Of a DNA stretch of 64,000 nucleotides, positions 42,972 to 52,122 are shown one piece after another (the stretch's first letter is position 1; every line of letters begins with the position of its first letter). Made by a program: the position numbers and the translations under genes. The DNA lies in the NCBI GenBank assembly GCA_047602745.1, contig JBLKOJ010000003.1:4912-68911 (forward strand), read 5' to 3'. The stretch is from Candidatus Woesearchaeota archaeon. GTDB lineage: Archaea; Nanobdellota; Nanobdellia; Woesearchaeales; UBA583. Below the pieces are notes generated by a model. It saw nothing but the letters and a program-made list of their open reading frames with translations. It did not search any database and was not told the origin of the DNA.

Positions 42972-43490
42972 TTAGATTTTATCATTAATTGATTTTTCTT
43001 CTTTTAGAGAATCTTTTGAGTTGATCAATACATGTAATGCATATAAACCCCCAAAAGTAAGATATACATCAGCCAAATTAAACACTCCAAATATAACTAA
43101 ATTAAATATTGTAAACATATCTCTTACTCCTTCAAAAAATATTCTATCAATAGTATTTGAAATAATTCCTGCTAAAAGAAAAGAAGTTATTAAAGTTCCA
43201 AATTCTTTAACAAAATACTGTAAGAATATCAAAATAAATATTGAAATTAAAATTCCCAATATTGCAGTAAATAAAGAATAGAATTCAATACTTGAAAATA
43301 AACCATATGCAGAGCCAGTATTAGTAGTGCAACTAGAAAAAAAAAAGTGAAATGAACAAAATTCAAATTTAATTAACTGATCTAGAGTAATTAAAACTAA
43401 GATTAATAACATAACAAGTCTATAATCTCTTCTGTATTTATTAAAAAATATAAGAAAATTGCTATAAGTTTTAAAATTAGATTTATTCAT
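42972..43490 (-). CDS. lspA: Lipoprotein signal peptidase (signal peptidase II)
   Basis: All LspA blocks appear in order: LDQLIK, NTGSAYGLF, GIISNTIDRIFFEGVRDMF (first catalytic Asp context) and FNLADVYLTFG (second catalytic Asp). It has four TM helices and is about 170 aa. Confidence 0.8.
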   Translation of the reverse strand: MNKSNFKTYSNFLIFFNKYRRDYRLVMLLILVLITLDQLIKFEFCSFHFFFSSCTTNTGSAYGLFSSIEFYSLFTAILGILISIFILIFLQYFVKEFGTLITSFLLAGIISNTIDRIFFEGVRDMFTIFNLVIFGVFNLADVYLTFGGLYALHVLINSKDSLKEEKSINDKI

Positions 43491-43530
43491 TACGAATATA
43501 TTTAAATAGTTTGAATTTATAAATATTAAT

Positions 43531-44793
43531 ATGAAATTACAATTTCACACCCCCCATTTTAAATCTATTTTTAAAAAATCTAAAAAAGGAATTACTACTA
43601 CAGTCTTTTCTTGGGTATTCATGACAATTATAGGTGGAATACTTATGATTTCTGTATACTCAATATTAAGTACATACTGGACTATTGAACAAGAGAGTAA
43701 TAATTTAGAATTTGCAAAAACTCTAACTAATACTTTAAATGTTCGAGCTCAAAGTTTAAGTGTGAGTAGTGCAACAGTTTTTAACACTATCCCTTTAATG
43801 GGGAATTTAAACGCAAATTTACAATGCATAGAAGGAGAATTTACAAGGCTTAGTATCGATAATTCTGAAATAATCTATGAACCTTTAAATGAATATCTTG
43901 ATAATTTCCCATTTGTAATGCCTCCAATAGAAAGAGAATTACCACAAAATATATTTTTAGTGTTAGAAAATTTTAACTTCCCAATGTCCATTAGTCCTCT
44001 TATTGCAGTTGTTCCAAGAAGTCATATTATTATCATCAATGAAACTCAATCCACTACAAATCAACTTTTTACAAGAGTTTTAGACACTCGAAGAAGTTAC
44101 CAACAGCTCTCATTTAATCGTTGGAATTTAGAAAATGGGATGAGTACTAGTGAAATGAGAAGTTATTTACAATCATTAAACCCTAGTAGCATTGTATTTG
44201 TAGATTTTGATGAAGATTTTATTCACTCATATATTTCAGATGGGTTCTCACAAGAGAGATATCCAGTATATCATATAAAGTCAGAATTTGTCAAAGCTCC
44301 TTCGTATATTGATTTAACTAATACTAATAGGATTATTCAAGGAACATTTTCCTACACATATTCAAATAATCAAGATGATTTTAGAATTACTAATCAAAAT
44401 AATGCAAACGAACCAGAGTTATTTAGATTTTATGATATGAATGATGAAATTTCAATATTTATGTTCTCTTTGTTTTCAACTCCTAGTAATTTTGAATGTG
44501 CACATAATTCATTAATTCAAAGAAGCGAATTCACATATCAACTCAGCAAAAATAAAATTCAAATCATACTTGAAAATCCCGAAACAACAAATCAAACATA
44601 TTGTCAAAGTTTTCAACCCAGCTCTCAAATAAACATTTTTTATGAGAATATTCTATTAAATTTAAATCAAATTTACTCCAACAGGACTCATAATTTATTT
44701 ACTGGGCAGACTCCAAATCCCCCTTCAAAGATTAATTCAATTGAAAATTATCAATTTAATCTTAACACTCAATCTTGTCAACTTATTTATTAA
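43531..44793 (+). CDS. Hypothetical exported/membrane-anchored protein (possible class III signal peptide)
   Basis: The N-terminus is ...FKKSKKG/ITTTVFSWVFMTIIGGILMISVY: basic region, Gly, hydrophobic helix. It lacks the Gln +1 / Glu +5 seen in the two pilins. Confidence 0.35.
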   Translation: MKLQFHTPHFKSIFKKSKKGITTTVFSWVFMTIIGGILMISVYSILSTYWTIEQESNNLEFAKTLTNTLNVRAQSLSVSSATVFNTIPLMGNLNANLQCIEGEFTRLSIDNSEIIYEPLNEYLDNFPFVMPPIERELPQNIFLVLENFNFPMSISPLIAVVPRSHIIIINETQSTTNQLFTRVLDTRRSYQQLSFNRWNLENGMSTSEMRSYLQSLNPSSIVFVDFDEDFIHSYISDGFSQERYPVYHIKSEFVKAPSYIDLTNTNRIIQGTFSYTYSNNQDDFRITNQNNANEPELFRFYDMNDEISIFMFSLFSTPSNFECAHNSLIQRSEFTYQLSKNKIQIILENPETTNQTYCQSFQPSSQINIFYENILLNLNQIYSNRTHNLFTGQTPNPPSKINSIENYQFNLNTQSCQLIY

Positions 44794-44826
44794 TATAAAA
44801 TTAACTAGACGTATTAACATTTGAAA

Positions 44827-46773
44827 ATGATGGAAAAAATAATAATCAATACAACCGAGCAAGTTGATGAAATTTTTAAAGAATTTATTGACATATTACC
44901 CGAAAATTTTGAAAAAAATCTTATCTCAAAAGCATACGAATTTGCTAAAAAAGCACATTCAACCCAATTTAGAAAATCAGGAGATTTGTATATTACCCAT
45001 CCTATTGAAGTTGCAAAATTAAGTTATCATTATGGATTAGGTTCTCAATCTATGTGTGCTGCTCTTCTTCATGATGTAGTAGAAGATACTAATACAAGTG
45101 TTCAAGAAATTAAAAAACATTTTGGCTTAGAAATATCAATACTAGTTGAGGGCCTTACTAAACTTGGTAAAAATGAAAATAGAGGAAAAACTGATATTGA
45201 AAAAAATCTAAGTGAACTACGAAAAATGCTTTTGAGTGCATCTAAAGATATGAGAATTTTAATCATTAAATTATGTGATAGATTACATAATATGCAAACT
45301 TTAAGCCCTAGAAGTGAAAAGGCACAACAAAGAATAGCTAAAGAAACATTATATATATACGCTCCTATTGCACAAAAAATTGGGATTTATTCACTAAAGT
45401 GGGAGTTAGAAGATTTATCATTTAAGTATCTTTACCCTAAAGACTTTGAAAATATTAAACTAAAATTAGGTGTGAAAAAAGAAAAAAGACTTGAAATTGT
45501 TCAAAAAGGTGTTGAAGAAATTAAAGAATTTTTAAAATTAAACTCAATTAGCGATATAACCGTTCTTGGAAGATGTAAAAGTATGTACAGTATTTATAGA
45601 AAAATTTCTAAAAAAAAAATTAGTTTTGAAGAGATTTATGATTTATATGCAATTAGAATAATAACCTCAGATATTTCAAAGTGTTATGAAATTCTCTCTC
45701 TCTTTCATACTCACTATAAAACTTATCCACATAGAGAAAAAGATTATATTTTACATCCTAAAGATAATGGCTATCAATCACTTCATTTAGTAGTTTACTC
45801 AAATATCATAAAATCCCCTATTGAACTCCAAATTAGAGATATTCAAATGCATAAATTAGCAGAGTATGGAGTTGCAGCTCACTGGAAGTATAAAGATGTT
45901 GGAAGAGATAAGTTATTTGATAAAAGAATAACATGGCTTAGAGAACTTCTTCAATGGGAACAAGAAAATAAAGAGTCATTTAATTTAATGCAAATTCTAA
46001 AGTATAATTTATTTGATAATGAAATTTTTGTATTTACTCCTAAATTTGACATTGTCTCACTCCCCCAAGGAGCAAGAGCTATTGATTTTGCATATAATGT
46101 TCACACTGAAATTGGAAATACTGCTGTAAAATGTAAAGTAAATGGGGTTGTGCAAAATTTAGATAAAACTCTTTCAAATGGAGATATTGTTCAAATTATT
46201 ACAAATCCTAACTCTAAGCCTAGTGAAAAAGTATTAAATATTGCAACTACTAATAAAGCTAAAATTTCAATTAGACAAAGTTTAGGGTTAAAGCTAGGAA
46301 ATAAACGAGATACTGCTCAAGAAGAGCATTTTAGCGAGATGATAAAATATATTGAAGGGCTTGAAGTATATTCTAAAATTAAAAAACCCTTGTGTTGTAA
46401 ATTTAAATTTAAAAGTACAATTATAGGTGTAGAGTCCCAAAATAGAAAAGAAATAACAATTCACAATTCAAATTGTGACAATGCTAAATTTAGTCTAAAT
46501 AAAACAATTAAACTTTTATGGGATAAAGATTTATATGAAAATATCACTCTTGAACTACATTTAAACTCTGACTCTGGAATTTTAGTTGATATTCTAAATA
46601 CGTTACATAAGTTTAAACTTACTCCTTTAAATCTAAAGAATAAAATATATAAAGATGGGAGTGTCCTTATGAAACTTAAAATTTCTAAAACAGAGACATT
46701 TAAAGAACTTATACTAGACCTGAGGCGTATTGAAGGAATCTCAAGTATTAAAGAGAGTAAAGAAGTTTTATAA
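44827..46773 (+). CDS. Long RelA/SpoT homologue: bifunctional-type (p)ppGpp synthetase/hydrolase (HD, synthetase, TGS, zinc-finger, ACT domains)
   Basis: HD: YITHPIEVA and LLHDVVEDT. Synthetase: GRCKSMYSIYRKI, YDLYAIRIIT, DNGYQSLHLVV, ELQIRDIQMHKLAEYGVAAHWKYK. TGS: IFVFTPKFDIVSLPQGARAIDFAYNVHTEIG...NGDIVQIIT. Cys/His cluster: CCKFKF...HNSNC. The C-terminus is ACT-like. Confidence 0.9.
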   Translation: MMEKIIINTTEQVDEIFKEFIDILPENFEKNLISKAYEFAKKAHSTQFRKSGDLYITHPIEVAKLSYHYGLGSQSMCAALLHDVVEDTNTSVQEIKKHFGLEISILVEGLTKLGKNENRGKTDIEKNLSELRKMLLSASKDMRILIIKLCDRLHNMQTLSPRSEKAQQRIAKETLYIYAPIAQKIGIYSLKWELEDLSFKYLYPKDFENIKLKLGVKKEKRLEIVQKGVEEIKEFLKLNSISDITVLGRCKSMYSIYRKISKKKISFEEIYDLYAIRIITSDISKCYEILSLFHTHYKTYPHREKDYILHPKDNGYQSLHLVVYSNIIKSPIELQIRDIQMHKLAEYGVAAHWKYKDVGRDKLFDKRITWLRELLQWEQENKESFNLMQILKYNLFDNEIFVFTPKFDIVSLPQGARAIDFAYNVHTEIGNTAVKCKVNGVVQNLDKTLSNGDIVQIITNPNSKPSEKVLNIATTNKAKISIRQSLGLKLGNKRDTAQEEHFSEMIKYIEGLEVYSKIKKPLCCKFKFKSTIIGVESQNRKEITIHNSNCDNAKFSLNKTIKLLWDKDLYENITLELHLNSDSGILVDILNTLHKFKLTPLNLKNKIYKDGSVLMKLKISKTETFKELILDLRRIEGISSIKESKEVL

Positions 46774-46790
46774 ATTATCAATTATAAAAA

Positions 46791-47438
46791 CTACAACTGA
46801 TTGACTAGTGTATTTATATTTTCCTTTGATACGTTAGAAAATTGTTCTAAATATTCAATTGCTACAAAATCACGATTAGTTGTCTGGCTCTCCTCTAAGC
46901 CATTTAAACTTAAAATTATACCTATAAGTAATAAAGAAGCTACTTGAGGAGTTATTGATGTTTGAGTATATCTAAATTTTTCTGCAACAAGAGTTGAGAA
47001 TGAATTTGAAAATTCAATGTGTTTGTGGGAAATTTTCTCTTCAAAATAATCAAAATAGTCTGGTTTTTTATTGCCCATAACTCCTTGAATATTTTGTGGA
47101 GTAATTGTGGGGTGTAATTCTTTAAATGAAGAAATATTGATACAAATAAATTCTACTTTAGTTATTTGTTCGGGGCTTAAAAATTCAGATATTGAAGAAT
47201 ACATTGGAGGTGTTAATTTACAAAACTCAAACATCTTTTCTTCCATCTGAGATAAAATTTTTTCTTGAATATGATATGCTTCAAATCCCTTTTGAGTTAA
47301 AAAATAGCAATATGCTTCACAACTACAAAGAGTGTCAATTGAAGCATGTTTATCAGAAGTTATAACTATTATATTACTTTTAAAATTTGAAAGATCCTCA
47401 TAAATCTCTTCGTTTTTTTGATATTCCATAATTAACAT
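46791..47438 (-). CDS. Hypothetical protein (very weak DHH-like N-terminus)
   Basis: IVITSDKHASIDTLCS vaguely resembles DHH motifs I/II, but the key residues are not conserved. I treat its function as unknown. Confidence 0.3.
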   Translation of the reverse strand: MLIMEYQKNEEIYEDLSNFKSNIIVITSDKHASIDTLCSCEAYCYFLTQKGFEAYHIQEKILSQMEEKMFEFCKLTPPMYSSISEFLSPEQITKVEFICINISSFKELHPTITPQNIQGVMGNKKPDYFDYFEEKISHKHIEFSNSFSTLVAEKFRYTQTSITPQVASLLLIGIILSLNGLEESQTTNRDFVAIEYLEQFSNVSKENINTLVNQL

Positions 47439-47522
47439 TAATATATTTCTTCTTTTAAACGTATTTATTATAATATGAAAATAAGTGAAAAATATTTTAA
47501 ATACATTATGATTTTTAATTAT

Positions 47523-48260
47523 ATGTTAACATTAAAAAATGTAGGAATTTTTATTAATCAGGCCAATATTGTTGTTTTAAAAAATATTGAATTAGAGTTT
47601 GAACCTGAGAAAATTACAATGCTTATGGGTCCAAATGGTGCTGGAAAATCTAGTTTTGTTCAGGCAATTATGGGTAATCCTAATTACTCGCTAAGTGGAA
47701 AATTATTATTAGATGAAGAATGTATAACTGAGTTAGAAGTTGAAGAAAGAGCTAAAAAAGGAATATTTTTATCATTTCAACAGCCTATTGAATTACCAGG
47801 AGTTACTCAATTACTTTACTTAAGAACAATTGTTGAAAAATATCAAGATATCAAACTTAAACCAAGAGAATTTAGAAAACAACTTGATGAGGCTATGGAT
47901 TTTTTAGAGATGAAAAAAGAATTTAATCAGCGAGAAATGAATGTAGGATTTTCAGGGGGTGAAAGAAAAAAAAATGAGCTACTTCAACTCTTACTTCTAA
48001 AACCTAAAATTGCATTATTAGATGAAATTGACTCTGGAATTGATGTCGATGGTCTTAAAATAATTGCAAAAGTAATTAAATATTTACAAGAAAAACATAA
48101 TACTACATTTATTATTGTCTCCCATCACGAATATTTATTAAAAAACTTAGATATTTCAAAAGTAGTAGTTCTTGATGAAGGAAAAGTTGCTAAAGTTGGG
48201 AGTAAAGAATTAGGAATTGACATTTTACAACACGGATTTAAAGGTAAGAAAATAGAGTAA
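47523..48260 (+). CDS. sufC: Fe-S cluster assembly ATPase SufC
   Basis: Walker A GPNGAGKSSF, Q-loop, signature FSGGERKKNELLQL, Walker B ALLDEIDSGIDVD, H-loop IVSHH. The start is set at the Met of MLTLKNV. Confidence 0.85.
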   Translation: MLTLKNVGIFINQANIVVLKNIELEFEPEKITMLMGPNGAGKSSFVQAIMGNPNYSLSGKLLLDEECITELEVEERAKKGIFLSFQQPIELPGVTQLLYLRTIVEKYQDIKLKPREFRKQLDEAMDFLEMKKEFNQREMNVGFSGGERKKNELLQLLLLKPKIALLDEIDSGIDVDGLKIIAKVIKYLQEKHNTTFIIVSHHEYLLKNLDISKVVVLDEGKVAKVGSKELGIDILQHGFKGKKIE

Positions 48261-48261
48261 A

Positions 48262-48486
48262 ATGGACATAGAAGAATTACACATTAAATTTAAAGAGATT
48301 ATTGAAAAATATGATTTTAATTCTCCTCAAAAAGCACAAGAATTAACTGATTATATTGTTAGTAAATCTTCTCATAATGCACAAGATTTATCTGAGCATT
48401 TTATTATAGAAATTGAAGAAGCAAAAGTTATTCTTGAGTTTTTAAAAAAAGGAGTTGAATTTAAATATTCAATTCAAACGTCCTAA
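48262..48486 (+). CDS. Small hypothetical protein (74 aa) translationally coupled to sufC
   Basis: The ATG lies 1 nt after the sufC stop. The protein is helical and acidic, with no recognised motif. Confidence 0.3.
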   Translation: MDIEELHIKFKEIIEKYDFNSPQKAQELTDYIVSKSSHNAQDLSEHFIIEIEEAKVILEFLKKGVEFKYSIQTS

Positions 48487-48824
48487 AACACTCATTTTGT
48501 ATTATAAAAAGGCAACCAATATTAACTACTTTTAAATTAGAAAAAATGGTTTCTTTAAATTTCTATAAATTTACACCAATTATTAATAGTTTCTCATAAG
48601 ATTTATATATGGTTTCCACCAAGTTTATTTACACAAGAACGCAAGCTTGTGTAATAAATTAACTAACAAATTCAAAAGTTATTTCTGATAACTTTTTCAA
48701 ATATTATAATTCTAAGTAACATGTAATTTATTTGTTTATTTACATTCTAATGCTCAAGTAAACTACAATCTACTTTTTGTGTAATTTTGAAATTTTAATT
48801 CTATTATTGTTTAATTATAGTATA

Positions 48825-49442
48825 TCACTTTTTAAGATGTAATTTATGAAGTTGTAAAAGTAATATGTATGTAGGAATTGCAATGATAAACAAATGATAT
48901 ACTACATAAAATAAATGATACATAGGAAGATAATCTAATATTGTATAAGTGGTTTGAATTGCATTAATATTATACTCAATTGGGACATAAGTTACTACAA
49001 ATAAATATACTACAAATGTATAAATAAATGTGATAACCAAATGTTTAGGTTCAGGCTTTATATGATTATAAAAATATACTAATATAATACTAGTCAAGTG
49101 AGCTAACAAAACGAGGATATGAACTAGAATTGAAGAATTTAAAGAGTAATCATAATATCCTAAAAAAGAAGTTCCCAGCAAATGTGAAATTATAAAATCA
49201 ACTAAATATAACATTTGAGCAAATAAAGAAAATATCACTAAAGATGGAATATAATTTTCAAAATTAAAAAGCAATAATATTACGATAATAAGAGGAGAGT
49301 GATAACAGAAGTATAAGAATAAGTTTACATCATTTTCAATTCCTAAAATCCAAAATGAAATAAAAATTTGTAAGAAAAAAAAATATAATAATAAACGTAA
49401 TTTTATTGAAGAAAAATTTCTTAACCTTTTACCTATATTCAT
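48825..49442 (-). CDS. Polytopic membrane protein, unknown function
   Basis: 205 aa with about 6 TM helices, rich in aromatic residues and His. Confidence 0.4.
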   Translation of the reverse strand: MNIGKRLRNFSSIKLRLLLYFFFLQIFISFWILGIENDVNLFLYFCYHSPLIIVILLLFNFENYIPSLVIFSLFAQMLYLVDFIISHLLGTSFLGYYDYSLNSSILVHILVLLAHLTSIILVYFYNHIKPEPKHLVITFIYTFVVYLFVVTYVPIEYNINAIQTTYTILDYLPMYHLFYVVYHLFIIAIPTYILLLQLHKLHLKK

Positions 49443-49568
49443 GACTAAATAGAGTTGAATAATTTTTATAAGAGTTTATTTTAATTCTAAAGTATAAGTA
49501 CTATACATCAATAAGTAGTAATAATTTAAAATAGTTAATTTTTTGAGTAATCGAGCTAAATATGTAAA

Positions 49569-51767
49569 ATGGATGAAAAACAATTATTTGTAAAACGCTT
49601 TGAAGAAAAATTAGCTCAAAATTTAGATATGAAAACAATTCAAAATTTAAAAAATGGAGATTTTGAATTTAAAAGAGAACTTACTCAGGATTACGAAACT
49701 TTTAGACTTGAAAATTTACCCAGCTCTTTTTCAATATATGAAAAAATTTGTAACATAAGTCAAAAATTATTACCTATTGAACCCGATAAAAAAAGTAAAG
49801 AAGAAATTGAAGGACATATTGAAAATTCACATCTTCATATAACTCCAATGGGGGTTATGAGTTTTACAATTCTAGGAAGTCTTTTGCTATTATTGATAGG
49901 TTTAGGACTTTTTATTCTTGGAAGAAGTGCATTAGCATTTGGATTTATCATTTTAAGTGTGGCTGGATATTTTATTCTACAAAAAATTCCTGAATTATTC
50001 GCAATAAATTTTAAAAATAAATCTAATGACCAAATTATTACTGGAATATTTTATATTGTTGCTTATATGAGATTTAATTCAAATTTTGAACTAGCTACAG
50101 AATTTGCTGCAAACTATCTACAACCACCTCTTTCATTAGATTTTAAAAAAGTACTGTGGCAACTAGAAACATCTCAGTTTCCAAGCTTAAAAGTAGCTTT
50201 TGATGAATATTTAAAAAAATGGAGAGATGATAATTTAGAATTTTTAGAATCTATTTATTTAATTGAATCTTCTTTATATGAATCAGATGAAAGTAGAAGA
50301 CTCACCTTACTTGATAAATCTCTAGATATTATACTACAAGGAAATTATGAAAAAATGCTACATTTTGCACAGGAGTTGAAAGAAAAAATTTCATCATTTA
50401 ATATGCTTGGAATCGTTCTACCTATTTTAGGTTTAATTATCTTACCACTTGCTGCATCTTTTTCTAATCCTCAATCAGTATTTGAAGTAATGATTATTAT
50501 GTATAATATTTTAATCCCAGTATTTGTTGGATACTCGGGTTTTTCACTCATGAAAGATAGACCTGGTGGAAATACTACACTTTCAAGAAATTCAATTAAA
50601 ACAGCTAATTTATGGCAGTGGTATTATAAAATTGGAGATAAAAAACGATTTCAGTTTCCACCGATTTTTACTGCACTATTTTTAGGGACAATTTTATTTA
50701 TTTTGGGAATATTTCCACTTTTAGCTCATATTGGGTACGATGATTCTACTTGTCTAAGTGATTTAGAAATTAATCTAAATGATAGATTTAGACTCATTTT
50801 TGATCCAAGAGATACTGGTAATGTTTTTGGAACATTTCAAAATTATGCAAATCTTGTTCAAGAAGATTTATTTTGTTATGGACCATATGGAATCTTCCCT
50901 GGTCTTTTAAGTATATTAATTCCAATTAGTCTTGCATATATGTTAGGGACATATTTTAAACTAAAAACACAACCATTTATGCATTTACATGATACTACAA
51001 GACTTTTAGAAAGACAATTTTCTACTGCAACATTTCAACTTGGAAATAGACTCAATGAAGGAATTTCTGCAGAACTTGCTTTTGGAGCTGTAGCTGATAC
51101 AATGAAGGGGACTCCAACGGGTGATTTTTTTTCAATAATTGATAAAAATATTAAATTTAATGGTATGAGTATTGAAAAAGCTATATTTGATGGCAAGAAA
51201 GGAGCAATTTTAGATTATCCTTCTGAATTAGTTATCTCAAGTATGAAAATATTCATAAGGGCAGTTGAAAAGGGTCCCGAGATTGCCGCTAAAACTTTAA
51301 TTGATTTATCAAGATATTTAAGTGAAATGCATATGGCAAATGAGAGAATGAAAGATTTACTTGCTGAATCGGTATCATCTATGAAAGGCCAAGCTAAATT
51401 TTTAGCTCCTCTTATCTCAGCAGTTGTAGTTGCAATTGTAAGTTTAGTAAGTTTAATTATGGGTCAATTATCAACAAGTATTGACGATTTAGCATCTCAA
51501 GCAGATGGGGCTGCTCTTGGGAGTTTTTCTATTGGGAATGGAGTTCCGACATTTTTATTTCAAACAAGTGTTGGTTTATATCTACTTTCTTTAATTATAA
51601 TTCTAATTTTGATTATTAGTCAATTAGATTCAAATGCAGACCCAATTCACGTTCAAAATGAACTTGGAACTACTATGATCTCATCAATTACTAAATATGC
51701 AGCAGTGGTTGGAATTGGAATTGTTTTATTCTCATTTGTAGGTGGTAGTGTACTTGCAAGTTTATAG
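49569..51767 (+). CDS. Large polytopic membrane protein with two T2SSF-like (FlaJ/PilC-like) cytoplasmic domains
   Basis: Two segments fit the T2SSF pattern, separated by TM helices and a long insert: ELATEFAANYLQPPLSLDFKKVLWQLETSQFPSLKVAFDEYL... and LERQFSTATFQLGNRLNEGISAELAFGAV...FNGMSIEKAIF...AVEKGPEIAAKTLIDLSRYL. Confidence 0.4.
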   Translation: MDEKQLFVKRFEEKLAQNLDMKTIQNLKNGDFEFKRELTQDYETFRLENLPSSFSIYEKICNISQKLLPIEPDKKSKEEIEGHIENSHLHITPMGVMSFTILGSLLLLLIGLGLFILGRSALAFGFIILSVAGYFILQKIPELFAINFKNKSNDQIITGIFYIVAYMRFNSNFELATEFAANYLQPPLSLDFKKVLWQLETSQFPSLKVAFDEYLKKWRDDNLEFLESIYLIESSLYESDESRRLTLLDKSLDIILQGNYEKMLHFAQELKEKISSFNMLGIVLPILGLIILPLAASFSNPQSVFEVMIIMYNILIPVFVGYSGFSLMKDRPGGNTTLSRNSIKTANLWQWYYKIGDKKRFQFPPIFTALFLGTILFILGIFPLLAHIGYDDSTCLSDLEINLNDRFRLIFDPRDTGNVFGTFQNYANLVQEDLFCYGPYGIFPGLLSILIPISLAYMLGTYFKLKTQPFMHLHDTTRLLERQFSTATFQLGNRLNEGISAELAFGAVADTMKGTPTGDFFSIIDKNIKFNGMSIEKAIFDGKKGAILDYPSELVISSMKIFIRAVEKGPEIAAKTLIDLSRYLSEMHMANERMKDLLAESVSSMKGQAKFLAPLISAVVVAIVSLVSLIMGQLSTSIDDLASQADGAALGSFSIGNGVPTFLFQTSVGLYLLSLIIILILIISQLDSNADPIHVQNELGTTMISSITKYAAVVGIGIVLFSFVGGSVLASL

Positions 51768-51845
51768 ATTAAAAATAATAATAAAAAAGTTAATCCCTCA
51801 ATTGAACTAATTAATAATTTAATTAGAAACCATATTAAGAAATAT

Positions 51846-52109
51846 TTAAATAAAATTTTCAAATAGTGAATCAATTTCTTGAGCTAATATATAATCTAAA
51901 TTAGTTAATTTGTTTCCTTCATCATGCGTTGTTGTAGTTATTTTTATAAATTTATACCCATATAATAATGTATCTGGATGGTGATCTAATTCTTCATATA
52001 AATCAAATAACTGTATTGCAAATTTACTTGCCTGTTTAAAATTATTAAACTTAAACTCTCTACTTAATGTATTATTTTCTTCTTTCCAATCATTTAAAAT
52101 TTGTCCCAT
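51846..52109 (-). CDS. Pterin-4-alpha-carbinolamine dehydratase (PCD/DCoH family)
   Basis: F.F.NF.QA..FA.....L.EE.DHHPD......FIKI...THD...LT..D..LA..ID pattern, including the HHPD core. Confidence 0.8.
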   Translation of the reverse strand: MGQILNDWKEENNTLSREFKFNNFKQASKFAIQLFDLYEELDHHPDTLLYGYKFIKITTTTHDEGNKLTNLDYILAQEIDSLFENFI

Positions 52110-52122
52110 AATATATAATTAT

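Noticed and set aside
43531-44793. Calling the 420-aa protein a third pilin.
   Set aside because: It has a basic-Gly-hydrophobic N-terminus but lacks the Gln +1 / Glu +5 signature of the two clear pilins. I left it as a hypothetical exported protein.
44827-46773. The RelA/SpoT gene (and dnaK, uvrB, lspA) as evidence that the contig is bacterial or a chimeric bin.
   Set aside because: They are flanked within a few hundred nt by archaeal hallmark genes, with identical AT-rich composition and tight spacing. Chimerism cannot be fully excluded without read data, but it is not the parsimonious reading.
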